A program made the position numbers and the translations under genes. Shown here one piece after another: positions 18,701 through 33,530 of a stretch of DNA of 51,775 bases; position 1 is the stretch's first letter; each line of letters opens with the position of its first letter. The notes beneath the pieces were generated by a model, which saw nothing but the letters and a program-made list of their open reading frames with translations, did not search any database and was not told where the DNA came from. The stretch is from a virus. Its lineage: Duplodnaviria; Heunggongvirae; Uroviricota; Caudoviricetes. Location: IMG/VR virus record IMGVR_UViG_2687453454_000002; one strand, given 5' to 3'.

Positions 18701-18755
18701 GGTAATGCTGCCAACTTACTGATTTAGTGTATGATGGTGATTTTAAGGTGCTTGC

Positions 18756-19031
18756 GTGGCTTCCATTTCCATCAGATGTCCTTCCTGCTCCGCTACTGAA
18801 GGCGTGGTGCGTAACGGCAAAAGCACTGCCGGACATCAGCGCTATCTCTGCTCTCATTGCCGTAAAACATGGCAACTACAGTTCACTTACACCGCCTCTC
18901 AGCCCGGTACGCACCAGAAAATCATTGATATGGCTATGAATGGCGTCGGATGTCGCGCCAGTGCACGCATTATGGGCGTTGGCCTCAACACGGTTTTACG
19001 TCACTTAAAAAACTCAGGCCGCAGTTGGTAA
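18756..19031 (+). CDS. insA: IS1 InsA (91 aa)
   Basis: [51 protein letters not shown]... is IS1 InsA. Confidence 0.9.
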   Translation: MASISIRCPSCSATEGVVRNGKSTAGHQRYLCSHCRKTWQLQFTYTASQPGTHQKIIDMAMNGVGCRASARIMGVGLNTVLRHLKNSGRSW

Positions 19032-19453
19032 CCTCGCGCATACAACCGGGCAGTGATGTGATTGTCTGCGCTGAAATGGATGAACAGTGGGGCTACGTCG
19101 GTGCTAAATCACGTCAGCGCTGGCTGTTTTACGCGTATGACAGGATACGGAGGACGGTTGTGGCGCACGTCTTCGGTGAACGCACTCTGGCCACACTGGA
19201 GCGTCTTCTGAGCCTGCTGTCGGCCTTTGAGGTCGTGGTATGGATGACGGATGGCTGGCCGCTGTATGAATCACGCCTGAAGGGAAAGCTGCACGTTATC
19301 AGCAAGCGTTACACTCAGCGCATTGAGCGACATAATCTGAATCTGAGACAACATCTGGCAAGGCTGGGACGGAAGTCACTGTCGTTCTCAAAATCGGTGG
19401 AGCTGCATGACAAGGTCATCGGGCATTATCTGAACATAAAACACTATCAGTAA
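18950..19453 (+). CDS. insB: IS1 InsB' reading frame (expressed as InsAB' by -1 frameshift)
   Basis: 167-aa ORF in the -1 frame overlapping the insA 3' end; typical IS1 layout. Confidence 0.85.
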   Translation: MSRQCTHYGRWPQHGFTSLKKLRPQLVTSRIQPGSDVIVCAEMDEQWGYVGAKSRQRWLFYAYDRIRRTVVAHVFGERTLATLERLLSLLSAFEVVVWMTDGWPLYESRLKGKLHVISKRYTQRIERHNLNLRQHLARLGRKSLSFSKSVELHDKVIGHYLNIKHYQ

Positions 19454-19790
19454 GTTGGAGTCATTACCTTTGTACTCTTGAAAAACTGTGTTCTGACTCT
19501 TGGGTGCAGTTTGGGCAGGAACATTTAACGAGATAATTACGGCGTGATTTTGAGTTTTTACGTTCTGACATAGGCTTTTCCTGTATAAATGGCCGTATAC
19601 AGTACACTAAATATGAAAACATTTCTCGTATTATTATTTTATATATGACTTTCTTTCAAAATAATTACCCACATTTTTAATGTGTATGTTTTTTTAGCGC
19701 CGTTGAGAACAACGTGTGCTGTCAAAACTACCCCGTAGACTCCGATCTTTTCAAACATATTGCACCATCCGTGTACATCGGGGTGAGGAT

Positions 19791-20006
19791 ATGAAATCAA
19801 TGGATAAGTTAACAACAGGTGTTGCCTATGGCACATCGGCGGGTAATGCTGGTTTCTGGGCATTGCAGTTACTCGATAAAGTAACTCCGTCACAGTGGGC
19901 TGCAATCGGTGTGCTGGGTAGCCTGGTTTTTGGCCTGCTGACGTATCTGACAAATCTTTATTTCAAGATTAAAGAAGACAGGCGTAAGGCTGCGAGAGGA
20001 GAGTAA
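19791..20006 (+). CDS. essQ: Holin (71 aa) with dual-start motif
   Basis: [71 protein letters not shown]; GGTGAGG Shine-Dalgarno upstream; first gene of the lysis cassette. Confidence 0.8.
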   Translation: MKSMDKLTTGVAYGTSAGNAGFWALQLLDKVTPSQWAAIGVLGSLVFGLLTYLTNLYFKIKEDRRKAARGE

Positions 20007-20010
20007 TCCA

Positions 20011-20318
20011 ATGACTCAAGACTATGAACTGGTTGTGAAAGGAGTCCGTAATTTTGAGAATAAAGTTACGGTAACTGTAGCCTTACAGGACAAAGAACGC
20101 TTTGACGGTGAAATTTTTGACCTGGATGTCGCCATGGACCGTGTTGAAGGAGCTGCGCTGGAGTTTTATGAGGCAGCAGCCAGAAGGAGCGTCCGGCAAG
20201 TCTTCCTGGAAGTAGCAGAAAAATTGTCAGAAAAAGTTGAGTCTTATCTGCAGCATCAGTACTCCTTTAAGATTGAAAATCCTGCCAATAAGCACGAGCG
20301 TCCTCATCATAAATATCT

Positions 20319-20322
<4 letters not shown>
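20011..20322 (+). CDS. ydfR: YdfR-like protein (103 aa)
   Basis: 103-aa ORF between holin and lysozyme, the position of ydfR in Qin. Confidence 0.65.
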
Positions 20323-21346
<1,024 letters not shown>

Positions 21347-21708
21347 GGTAATATTAAATCGGAACATTTACATCGCGGAATGTAAAATTTAAATAAAAAG
21401 GACTCTTCCATGAGCCAAAATTCCTGAAATCTTAAGGGTAAGATAAAAGGTCTTAATCAGAATGACACGTTTTATTAATAAATAAAGCTATTCTTTCATT
21501 GCTGTGTTTTTCTTTACAAAAGTAATCCTTGCTATGGGTGGTTAATCATGCGTTAATGGTGTTCTGGTTTGTTACAAATTTATCTGAAGCAGTCATTGTT
21601 ATAATTTTATTATTTGTACCTCTTGAGATTTCCTTGTTGGTTTTTCTCTCTGATATTTTTTTTCGGACCATTCTGCCCAAGGGCTAATTTCTTCAAAAGG
21701 TAATAATT

Positions 21709-21921
21709 ATGTCTAACAAAATGACTGGTTTAGTGAAATGGTTTAACCCTGAAAAAGGTTTTGGTTTCATCACGCCGAAAGATGGCAGCAAAGATGTGTT
21801 TGTCCATTTCTCAGCAATTCAGAGCAACGATTTCAAAACATTAACTGAGAATCAGGAAGTTGAATTTGGTATTGAGAACGGACCTAAAGGTCCTGCCGCT
21901 GTTCATGTAGTGGCGCTTTGA
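21709..21921 (+). CDS. cspI: Cold-shock protein CspI (70 aa)
   Basis: [54 protein letters not shown]... cold-shock domain with RNP motifs; long A/T-rich 5' leader upstream. Confidence 0.9.
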   Translation: MSNKMTGLVKWFNPEKGFGFITPKDGSKDVFVHFSAIQSNDFKTLTENQEVEFGIENGPKGPAAVHVVAL

Positions 21922-22124
21922 GGTAGACAATATTACAAACCATATTCACTTTAGATGCCCGTGTTGTCATGGTTCCCAGTATAGAACATCATCTTTTGAT
22001 GTTTCTGACATGAATCCTTTCGGGGCAAAATGTATCTTTTGTAAATCAATGATGATTACATTTGATAATATTTCACAATACTTAAATGCCAGCCGTCTGT
22101 CGTTGGATTTAAAAAAGTGAAAAT

Positions 22125-22149
22125 GAAGGCTCCTTCGGGAGCTTTTTTG
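22125..22149 (+). terminator. Intrinsic terminator
   Basis: GAAGGCTCC-TTCG-GGAGCTTTTTTG: stem-loop plus T-tract. Confidence 0.65.
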
Positions 22150-22192
22150 CTTGGTGTCTATTCGATGGATACTCACATACTACGGTAACATC

Positions 22193-22423
22193 ATGAAAAA
22201 AATCATAGTTTTTTTTAACTCTGAACCAGCAGTGGTAGTGCCAGCGATGACTGGAGTTAACACCATCATGCGTGAATATCCAAATGGCGAAAAAACACAC
22301 CTTACTGTAATGGCCGCAGGGTTTCCATCTCTGACCGGAGATCATAAAGTCATTTATGTAGCCGCGGATCGACATGTTACTTCAGAAGAAATTCTGGAAG
22401 CAGCAATAAGGCTCTTGAGTTGA
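22193..22423 (+). CDS. Hypothetical small protein (76 aa)
   Basis: Internal ATG of ORF 22151..22423; no motif recognised. Confidence 0.4.
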   Translation: MKKIIVFFNSEPAVVVPAMTGVNTIMREYPNGEKTHLTVMAAGFPSLTGDHKVIYVAADRHVTSEEILEAAIRLLS

Positions 22424-22591
22424 TTTGATGCTATTGCATTGATAATTCAGGAAAATTCTCTTTGTCTGTTTGTGTAAAATTTAGACTATCGTATGTTGAT
22501 TATTGCGATGTTTCATCTTATCTTTTACACGTTTGCACCATATAATCGACTTACTGTGTAACTGGAAAGTCATAACAGACTAAAAGAGGAA

Positions 22592-22768
22592 ATGATGAAT
22601 ATTGAAAACTTAAAAACAAAAGCAGAAGCAGATATTTCTGAATATATAACAAAAAAAATTATTGAACTTAAGAAAAAGACCGGGAAAGAAGTTACCAGTA
22701 TTCAGTTTACCGCACGGGAAAAAATGACGGGTCTTGAAAGCTATGATGTCAAGATTAATTTAATCTGA
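22592..22768 (+). CDS. gnsB: GnsB-like protein (58 aa)
   Basis: Hand translation: MMNIENLKTKAEADISEYITKKIIELKKKTGKEVTSIQFTAREKMTGLESYDVKINLI*; Gns-family pattern; AGAGGA Shine-Dalgarno upstream. Confidence 0.75.
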   Translation: MMNIENLKTKAEADISEYITKKIIELKKKTGKEVTSIQFTAREKMTGLESYDVKINLI

Positions 22769-22919
22769 TGTATTCAATAATAAAATTTATCCATAAACCT
22801 CGTTTTTACGGGGTTTTGTTATATTTGAATGGTTCCGAATATCTAAATCACAATTGTTGATGGTTTTTATTAAACCAATGCAGTCCGGCTCAGGAGTGAG
22901 AGAAGCCGGACGTTATGGT

Positions 22920-23345
22920 TTAGCGTGGTAAGATCTGTGTAGTTTTCTGGATGCTTTCAGTAAATAGTAATGAATTATCAAAGGTATAGTAATATCTTTT
23001 TTGTTCGTGGATATTTGTAACCCACCGAAAAACTCCTGCTTTAGCAAGGTTTCTTCTGTATTCCTGAAATGTGATCTCTCTGGATTTCAGCTTATTAGAG
23101 GTCGTTTCTATAAGATGCCTATCCTTTGAAAATTTGACAGACACAATGTTTTTTAGGCCCTTTAATAACACTGTATTATCATTTTTTAATACAATATGAA
23201 CATTCTCTGTGGCTAAATAGTAAATGTAATGTGAGACATTGTGACGTTTTAGCTCAGAATAAAACCATTGATAGTTTAAATCGTTTCGAACTTTATCAAA
23301 TATTTGTTTAAAAATGACTACCTGATCCATAGATAAACCTTCCAT
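22920..23345 (-). CDS. ydfO: YdfO-like protein (141 aa)
   Basis: 141-aa ORF at the position of ydfO between gnsB and the Nu1 homologue in the recalled Qin gene order. Confidence 0.55.
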
Positions 23346-23387
23346 GTGATATGAGGGGGCGTAGTCTGCACGATTATCTAAATTGCT

Positions 23388-23621
23388 TCAATCTGGTCTG
23401 ACCTGTTTTCTGAGCAATTCAGTAATGTCACTCTTTTCTTTGTTTGCTTCAGAAGAAACTCTTTTTTCTGAGCACAGTCTCCGGCGGCAGGCTTCAATGA
23501 CCCAGGCTGAGAAATTCCCGGACCCTTTTTGCTCAAGAGCGATGTTAATTTGTTCAATCATTTGGTTAGGAAAGCGGATGTTGCGGGTTGTTGTTCTGCG
23601 GGTTCTGTTCTTCGTTGACAT
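23388..23621 (-). CDS. ynfO: Small RHH-like (Arc/CopG-type) protein, YnfO-like (77 aa)
   Basis: Basic N-terminus (TRRTTTRNIRFP) followed by helix-rich NQMIEQINIALEQKGSGNFSAWVIEACRRRL, compatible with a ribbon-helix-helix fold; co-directional with and just upstream of ydfO. Confidence 0.5.
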   Translation of the reverse strand: MSTKNRTRRTTTRNIRFPNQMIEQINIALEQKGSGNFSAWVIEACRRRLCSEKRVSSEANKEKSDITELLRKQVRPD

Positions 23622-23820
23622 GAGGTTGCCCCGTATTCAGTGTCGCTGATTTGTATTGTCTGAAGTTGTTTTTACGTTAAGTTGATGCAGATCAATTAAT
23701 ATGATACCTGCGTCATAATTGATTATTTGACGTGGTTTGATGGCGTAGATGCACGTTGTGACATGCAGATGATAATTATTATCATTTTGCGGGTCCTTTC
23801 CGGCGATCCGACAGGTTACG

Positions 23821-23832
23821 GGGCGGCGACCT
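23821..23832 (+). other. cosN cohesive-end site (lambda-type 12-nt overhang GGGCGGCGACCT), with cosQ upstream and cosB downstream
   Basis: Exact GGGCGGCGACCT followed by CGCGGGTTTTCGCTATTTATGAAAATTTTCCGG..., matching the lambda left end as recalled; ...GACAGGTTACG precedes it as at the lambda right end. Confidence 0.9.
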
Positions 23833-24009
23833 CGCGGGTTTTCGCTATTTATGAAAATTTTCCGGTTTAAGGCATTTCCGTTCTTCTTCGTCGTAACTTA
23901 ATGTTTTTATTTAAAATACCCCCTGAAAAGAAAGGAAACGACAGGTGCTGAAAACGAGCTTTTGGGCCTCTGTCGTTTCCTTTCTCTGTTTTTGGCCGTG
24001 GAATGAACA

Positions 24010-24529
24010 ATGGAAGTCAACAAAAAGCAGCTGGCTGACATTTTCGGTGCGAGTATCCGTACCATTCAGAACTGGCAGGAACAGGGAATGCCCGTTCTGC
24101 GAGGCGGTGGCAAGGGTAATGAGGTGCTTTATGACTCTGCCGCCGTTATAAGATGGTATGCCGAAAGGGATGCTGAAATTGAGAACGAAAAGCTGCGCCG
24201 GGAAGTTGAAGAACTGCGGCAGGCCAGCGAGACAGATCTCCAGCCAGGGACTATTGAGTACGAACGCCATCGACTTACGCGTGCGCAGGCCGACGCACAG
24301 GAGCTGAAAAATGCCAGAGACTCCGCTGAAGTGGTGGAAACCGCATTCTGTACTTTCGTGCTGTCGCGGATCGCAGGTGAAATTGCCAGTATTCTCGACG
24401 GGATCCCCCTGTCGGTGCAGCGGCGTTTTCCGGAACTGGAAAACCGACATGTTGATTTCCTGAAACGGGATATCATCAAAGCCATGAACAAAGCAGCCGC
24501 GCTGGATGAACTGATACCGGGGTTGCTGA

Positions 24530-24555
<26 letters not shown>
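24010..24555 (+). CDS. nu1: Terminase small subunit Nu1 (181 aa)
   Basis: MEVNKKQLADIFGASIRTIQNWQEQGMPVLRGGGKGNEVLYDSAAVI... matches lambda Nu1 from memory. Confidence 0.95.
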
Positions 24556-28236
<3,681 letters not shown>

Positions 28237-28256
<20 letters not shown>

Positions 28257-29556
28257 TCTCCCGCATATTGCCAGCATGGCTTTTAATGAGCCGCTGATGC
28301 TTGAACCCGCCTATGCGCGGGTTTTCTTTTGTGCGCTTGCAGGCCAGCTTGGGATCAGCCGCCTGATGGATGCGGTGTCCGGCGACAGCCTGACTGCCCA
28401 GGAGGCACTCGCGACGCTGGCATTATCCGGTGATGATGACGGACCACGACAGGCCCGCAGTTATCAGGTCATGAACGGCATCGCCGTGCTGCCGGTGTCC
28501 GGCACGCTGGTCAGCCGGACGCGGGCGCTGCAGCCGTACTCGGGGATGACCGGTTACAACGGCATTATCGCCCGTCTGCAACAGGCTGCCAGCGATCCGA
28601 TGGTGGACGGCATTCTGCTCGATATGGACACGCCCGGCGGGATGGTGGCGGGGGCATTTGACTGCGCTGACATCATCGCCCGTGTGCGTGACATAAAACC
28701 GGTATGGGCGCTGGCCAACGACATGAACTGCAGTGCAGGTCAGCTGCTTGCCAGTGCCGCCTCCCGGCGTCTGGTCACGCAGACCGCCCGGACAGGCTCC
28801 ATCGGCGTCATGATGGCTCACAGTAATTACGGTGCTGCGCTGGAGAAACAGGGTGTGGAAATCACTCTGATTTACAGCGGCAGCCATAAGGTGGATGGCA
28901 ACCCCTACAGCCATCTTCCGGATGACGTCCGGGAGACACTGCAGTCCCGGATGGACGCAACCCGCCAGATGTTTGCGCAGAAGGTGTCGGCATATACCGG
29001 CCTGTCCGTGCAGGCTGTGCTGGATACCGAGGCTGCAGTGTACAGCGGTCAGGAGGCCATTGATGCCGGACTGGCTGATGAACTTGTTAACAGCACCGAT
29101 GCGATCACCGTCATGCGTGATGCACTGGATGCACGTAAATCCCGTCTCTCAGGAGGGCGAATGACCAAAGAGACTCAATCAACAACTGTTTCAGCCACTG
29201 CTTCGCAGGCTGACGTTACTGACGTGGTGCCAGCGACGGAGGGCGAAAACGCCAGCGCGGCGCAGCCGGACGTGAACGCGCAGATCACCGCAGCGGTTGC
29301 GGCAGAAAACAGCCGCATTATGGGGATCCTCAACTGTGAGGAGGCTCACGGACGCGAAGAACAGGCACGCGTGCTGGCAGAAACCCCCGGTATGACCGTG
29401 GAAACGGCCCGCCGCATTCTGGCCGCAGCACCACAGAGTGCACAGGCGCGCAGTGACACTGCGCTGGATCGTCTGATGCAGGGGGCACCGGCACCGCTGG
29501 CTGCAGGTAACCCGGCATCTGATGCCGTTAACGATTTGCTGAACACACCAGTGTAA
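28237..29556 (+). CDS. C: Capsid assembly protease C (439 aa, GTG start)
   Basis: GTG at 28237 preceded by AGGAGG; product VTAELRNLPHIASMAFNEPLMLEPAYARVFF... matches lambda C; overlaps the B 3' end. Confidence 0.9.
29161..29556 (+). CDS. nu3: Scaffolding protein Nu3, nested in-frame in the C 3' end
   Basis: In-frame internal ATG with strong AGGAGG Shine-Dalgarno (29151..29156); product MTKETQSTTVSATASQADVTDV.... A second in-frame ATG at 28951 corresponds to the older, longer Nu3 annotation. Confidence 0.75.
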   Translation: MTKETQSTTVSATASQADVTDVVPATEGENASAAQPDVNAQITAAVAAENSRIMGILNCEEAHGREEQARVLAETPGMTVETARRILAAAPQSAQARSDTALDRLMQGAPAPLAAGNPASDAVNDLLNTPV

Positions 29557-29565
29557 GGGATGTTT

Positions 29566-29898
29566 ATGACGAGCAAAGAAACCTTTACCCATTACCAGCC
29601 GCTGGGCAACAGTGACCCGGCTCATACCGCAACCGCGCCCGGCGGATTGAGTGCGAAAGCGCCTGCAATGACCCCGCTGATGCTGGACACCTCCAGCCGT
29701 AAGCTGGTTGCGTGGGATGGCACCACCGACGGTGCTGCCGTTGGCATTCTTGCGGTTGCTGCTGACCAGACCAGCACCACGCTGACGTTCTACAAGTCCG
29801 GCACGTTCCGTTATGAGGATGTGCTCTGGCCGGAGGCTGCCAGCGACGAGACGAAAAAACGGACCGCGTTTGCCGGAACGGCAATCAGCATCGTTTAA
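29566..29898 (+). CDS. D: Capsid decoration protein D (110 aa)
   Basis: [60 protein letters not shown]... matches lambda D. Confidence 0.95.
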   Translation: MTSKETFTHYQPLGNSDPAHTATAPGGLSAKAPAMTPLMLDTSSRKLVAWDGTTDGAAVGILAVAADQTSTTLTFYKSGTFRYEDVLWPEAASDETKKRTAFAGTAISIV

Positions 29899-29917
29899 CT
29901 TTACCCTTCATCACTAA

Positions 29918-29942
29918 AGGCCGCCTGTGCGGCTTTTTTTTA
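29918..29942 (+). terminator. Intrinsic-terminator-like hairpin between D and E
   Basis: AAAGGCCGC-CTGT-GCGGCTTTTTTTTAC: GC stem plus T-tract. Confidence 0.5.
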
Positions 29943-29954
29943 CGGGATTTTTTT

Positions 29955-30980
29955 ATGTCGATGTACACAACCGCCCAACTGCTGGCGGCAAATGAGCAGA
30001 AATTTAAGTTTGATCCGCTGTTTCTGCGTCTCTTTTTCCGTGAGAGCTATCCCTTCACCACGGAGAAAGTCTATCTCTCACAAATTCCGGGACTGGTAAA
30101 CATGGCGCTGTACGTTTCGCCGATTGTTTCCGGTGAGGTTATCCGTTCCCGTGGCGGCTCCACCTCTGAATTTACGCCGGGATATGTCAAGCCGAAGCAT
30201 GAAGTGAATCCGCAGATGACCCTGCGTCGCCTGCCGGATGAAGATCCGCAGAATCTGGCGGACCCGGCTTACCGCCGCCGTCGCATCATCATGCAGAACA
30301 TGCGTGACGAAGAGCTGGCCATTGCTCAGGTCGAAGAGATGCAGGCAGTTTCTGCCGTGCTTAAGGGCAAATACACCATGACCGGTGAAGCCTTCGATCC
30401 GGTTGAGGTGGATATGGGCCGCAGTGAGGAGAATAACATCACGCAGTCCGGCGGCACGGAGTGGAGCAAGCGTGACAAGTCCACGTATGACCCGACCGAC
30501 GATATCGAAGCCTACGCGCTGAACGCCAGCGGTGTGGTGAATATCATCGTGTTCGATCCGAAAGGCTGGGCGCTGTTCCGTTCCTTCAAAGCCGTCAAGG
30601 AGAAGCTGGATACCCGTCGTGGCTCTCATTCCGAGCTGGAGACAGCGGTGAAAGACCTGGGCAAAGCGGTGTCCTATAAGGGGATGTATGGCGATGTGGC
30701 CATCGTCGTGTATTCCGGACAGTACGTGGAAAACGGCGTCAAAAAGAACTTCCTGCCGGACAACACGATGGTGCTGGGGAACACTCAGGCACGCGGTCTG
30801 CGCACCTATGGCTGCATTCAGGATGCGGACGCACAGCGCGAAGGCATTAACGCCTCTGCCCGTTACCCGAAAAACTGGGTGACCACCGGCGATCCGGCGC
30901 GTGAGTTCACCATGATTCAGTCAGCACCGCTGATGCTGCTGGCTGACCCTGATGAGTTCGTGTCCGTACAACTGGCGTAA
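29955..30980 (+). CDS. E: Major capsid protein E (341 aa)
   Basis: MSMYTTAQLLAANEQKFKFDPLFLRLFFRESYPFTTEKVYLSQIPGLVNMALYVSPIVSGEVIRSRGG... matches lambda E. Confidence 0.95.
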   Translation: MSMYTTAQLLAANEQKFKFDPLFLRLFFRESYPFTTEKVYLSQIPGLVNMALYVSPIVSGEVIRSRGGSTSEFTPGYVKPKHEVNPQMTLRRLPDEDPQNLADPAYRRRRIIMQNMRDEELAIAQVEEMQAVSAVLKGKYTMTGEAFDPVEVDMGRSEENNITQSGGTEWSKRDKSTYDPTDDIEAYALNASGVVNIIVFDPKGWALFRSFKAVKEKLDTRRGSHSELETAVKDLGKAVSYKGMYGDVAIVVYSGQYVENGVKKNFLPDNTMVLGNTQARGLRTYGCIQDADAQREGINASARYPKNWVTTGDPAREFTMIQSAPLMLLADPDEFVSVQLA

Positions 30981-31021
30981 TCATGGCCCTTCGGGGCCAT
31001 TGTTTCTCTGTGGAGGAGTCC

Positions 31022-31420
31022 ATGACGAAAGATGAACTGATTGCCCGTCTCCGCTCGCTGGGTGAACAACTGAACCGTGATGTCAGCCTGACGGGGACGA
31101 AAGAAGAACTGGCGCTCCGTGTGGCAGAGCTGGAAGAGGAGCTTGATGACACGGATGAAACTGCCGGTCAGGACACCCCTCTCAGCCGGGAAAATGTGCT
31201 GACCGGACATGAAAATGAGGTGGGATCAGCGCAGCCGGATACCGTGATTCTGGATACGTCTGAACTGGTCACGGTCGTGGCACTGGTGAAGCTGCATACT
31301 GATGCACTTCACGCCACGCGGGATGAACCTGTGGCATTTGTGCTGCCGGGAACGGCGTTTCGTGTCTCTGCCGGTGTGGCAGCCGAAATGACAGAGCGCG
31401 GCCTGGCCAGAATGCAATAA
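31022..31420 (+). CDS. FI: Head completion / DNA packaging protein FI (132 aa)
   Basis: MTKDELIARLRSLGEQLNRDVSLTGTKEELALRVAELEEELDDTDETAGQ... matches lambda FI. Confidence 0.9.
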   Translation: MTKDELIARLRSLGEQLNRDVSLTGTKEELALRVAELEEELDDTDETAGQDTPLSRENVLTGHENEVGSAQPDTVILDTSELVTVVALVKLHTDALHATRDEPVAFVLPGTAFRVSAGVAAEMTERGLARMQ

Positions 31421-31431
31421 CGGGAGGCGCT

Positions 31432-31785
31432 GTGGCTGATTTCGATAACCTGTTCGATGCTGCCATTGCCCGCGCCGATGAAACGATACGCGGGTACATG
31501 GGAACGTCAGCCACCATGACATCCGGTGAGCAGTCAGGTGCGGTGATACGTGGTGTTTTTGATGACCCTGAAAATATCAGCTATGCCGGACAGGGCGTGC
31601 GCGTTGAAGGCTCCAGCCCGTCCCTGTTTGTCCGGACTGATGAGGTGCGGCAGCTGCGGCGTGGAGACACGCTGACCATCGGTGAGGAAAATTTCTGGGT
31701 AGATCGGGTTTCGCCGGATGATGGCGGAAGTTGTCATCTCTGGCTTGGACGGGGCGTACCGCCTGCCGTTAACCGTCGCCGCTGA
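31432..31785 (+). CDS. FII: Head-tail joining protein FII (117 aa)
   Basis: MADFDNLFDAAIARADETIRGYMGTSATMTSGEQSGAVIRGVFDDPENISYAGQGVRVEG... matches lambda FII. Confidence 0.9.
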   Translation: MADFDNLFDAAIARADETIRGYMGTSATMTSGEQSGAVIRGVFDDPENISYAGQGVRVEGSSPSLFVRTDEVRQLRRGDTLTIGEENFWVDRVSPDDGGSCHLWLGRGVPPAVNRRR

Positions 31786-31796
31786 AAGGGGGATGT

Positions 31797-32375
31797 ATGG
31801 CCATAAAAGGTCTTGAGCAGGCCGTTGAAAACCTCAGCCGTATCAGCAAAACGGCGGTGCCTGGTGCCGCCGCAATGGCCATTAACCGCGTTGCTTCATC
31901 CGCGATATCGCAGTCGGCGTCACAAGTTGCCCGTGAGACAAAGGTACGCCGGAAACTGGTAAAGGAAAGGGCCAGGCTGAAAAGGGCCACGGTCAAAAAT
32001 CCGCAGGCCAGAATCAAAGTTAACCGGGGGGATTTGCCCGTAATCAAGCTGGGTAATGCGCGGGTTGTCCTTTCGCGCCGCAGGCGTCGTAAAAAGGGGC
32101 AGCGTTCATCCCTGAAAGGTGGCGGCAGCGTGCTTGTGGTGGGTAACCGTCGTATTCCCGGCGCGTTTATTCAGCAACTGAAAAATGGCCGGTGGCATGT
32201 CATGCAGCGTGTGGCCGGGAAAAACCGTTACCCCATTGATGTGGTGAAAATCCCGATGGCGGTGCCGCTGACCACGGCGTTTAAACAGAATATTGAGCGG
32301 ATACGGCGTGAACGTCTTCCGAAAGAGCTGGGCTATGCGCTGCAGCATCAACTGAGGATGGTAATAAAGCGATGA
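31797..32375 (+). CDS. Z: Tail completion protein Z (192 aa)
   Basis: Size and position collinear with lambda Z. Confidence 0.9.
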   Translation: MAIKGLEQAVENLSRISKTAVPGAAAMAINRVASSAISQSASQVARETKVRRKLVKERARLKRATVKNPQARIKVNRGDLPVIKLGNARVVLSRRRRRKKGQRSSLKGGGSVLVVGNRRIPGAFIQQLKNGRWHVMQRVAGKNRYPIDVVKIPMAVPLTTAFKQNIERIRRERLPKELGYALQHQLRMVIKR

Positions 32376-32767
32376 AACATACTGAACTCCGTGCAGCCGT
32401 ACTGGATGCACTGGAGAAGCATGACACCGGGGCGACGTTTTTTGATGGTCGCCCCGCTGTTTTTGATGAGGCGGATTTTCCGGCAGTTGCCGTTTATCTC
32501 ACCGGCGCTGAATACACGGGCGAAGAGCTGGACAGCGATACCTGGCAGGCGGAGCTGCATATCGAAGTTTTCCTGCCTGCTCAGGTGCCGGATTCAGAGC
32601 TGGATGCGTGGATGGAGTCCCGGATTTATCCGGTGATGAGCGATATCCCGGCACTGTCAGATTTGATCACCAGTATGGTGGCCAGCGGCTATGACTACCG
32701 GCGCGACGATGATGCGGGCCTGTGGAGTTCAGCCGATCTGACTTATGTCATTACCTATGAAATGTGA
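32372..32767 (+). CDS. U: Tail terminator protein U (131 aa)
   Basis: Size and position collinear with lambda U. Confidence 0.9.
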
Positions 32768-32774
32768 GGACGCT

Positions 32775-33515
32775 ATGCCTGTACCAAATCCTACAATGCC
32801 GGTGAAAGGTGCCGGGACCACCCTGTGGGTTTATAAGGGGAGCGGTGACCCTTATGCGAATCCGCTTTCAGACGTTGACTGGTCGCGTCTGGCAAAAGTT
32901 AAAGACCTGACGCCCGGCGAACTGACCGCTGAGTCCTATGACGACAGCTATCTCGATGATGAAGATGCAGACTGGACTGCGACCGGGCAGGGGCAGAAAT
33001 CTGCCGGAGATACCAGCTTCACGCTGGCGTGGATGCCCGGAGAGCAGGGGCAGCAGGCGCTGCTGGCGTGGTTTAATGAAGGCGATACCCGTGCCTATAA
33101 AATCCGCTTCCCGAACGGCACGGTCGATGTGTTCCGTGGCTGGGTCAGCAGTATCGGTAAGGCGGTGACGGCGAAGGAAGTGATCACCCGCACGGTGAAA
33201 GTCACCAATGTGGGACGTCCGTCGATGGCAGAAGATCGCAGCACGGTAACAGCGGCAACCGGCATGACCGTGACGCCTGCCAGCACCTCGGTGGTGAAAG
33301 GGCAGAGCACCACGCTGACCGTGGCCTTCCAGCCGGAGGGCGTAACCGACAAGAGCTTTCGTGCGGTGTCTGCGGATAAAACAAAAGCCACCGTGTCGGT
33401 CAGTGGTATGACCATCACCGTGAACGGCGTTGCTGCAGGCAAGGTCAACATTCCGGTTGTATCCGGTAATGGTGAGTTTGCTGCGGTTGCAGAAATCACC
33501 GTCACCGCCAGTTAA
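32775..33515 (+). CDS. V: Major tail tube protein V (246 aa)
   Basis: [57 protein letters not shown]... matches lambda V; C-terminal Ig-like domain. Confidence 0.95.
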
Positions 33516-33530
33516 TCCGGGGAGTCAGAG

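Larger units (their letters stand above)
18701..19468 (+). mobile_element. IS1 (768 bp), no flanking target-site duplication
   Basis: Ends GGTAATGCTGCCAACTTACTGAT... and ...ATCAGTAAGTTGGAGTCATTACC; insA and insB' ORFs present; flanking 9-mers GGGCGAAGC and TTTGTACTC differ. Confidence 0.9.

Noticed and set aside
19639-19953. Minus-strand 104-aa ORF
   Set aside because: Overlaps the holin start region on the opposite strand; the holin with its dual-start motif is the credible gene.
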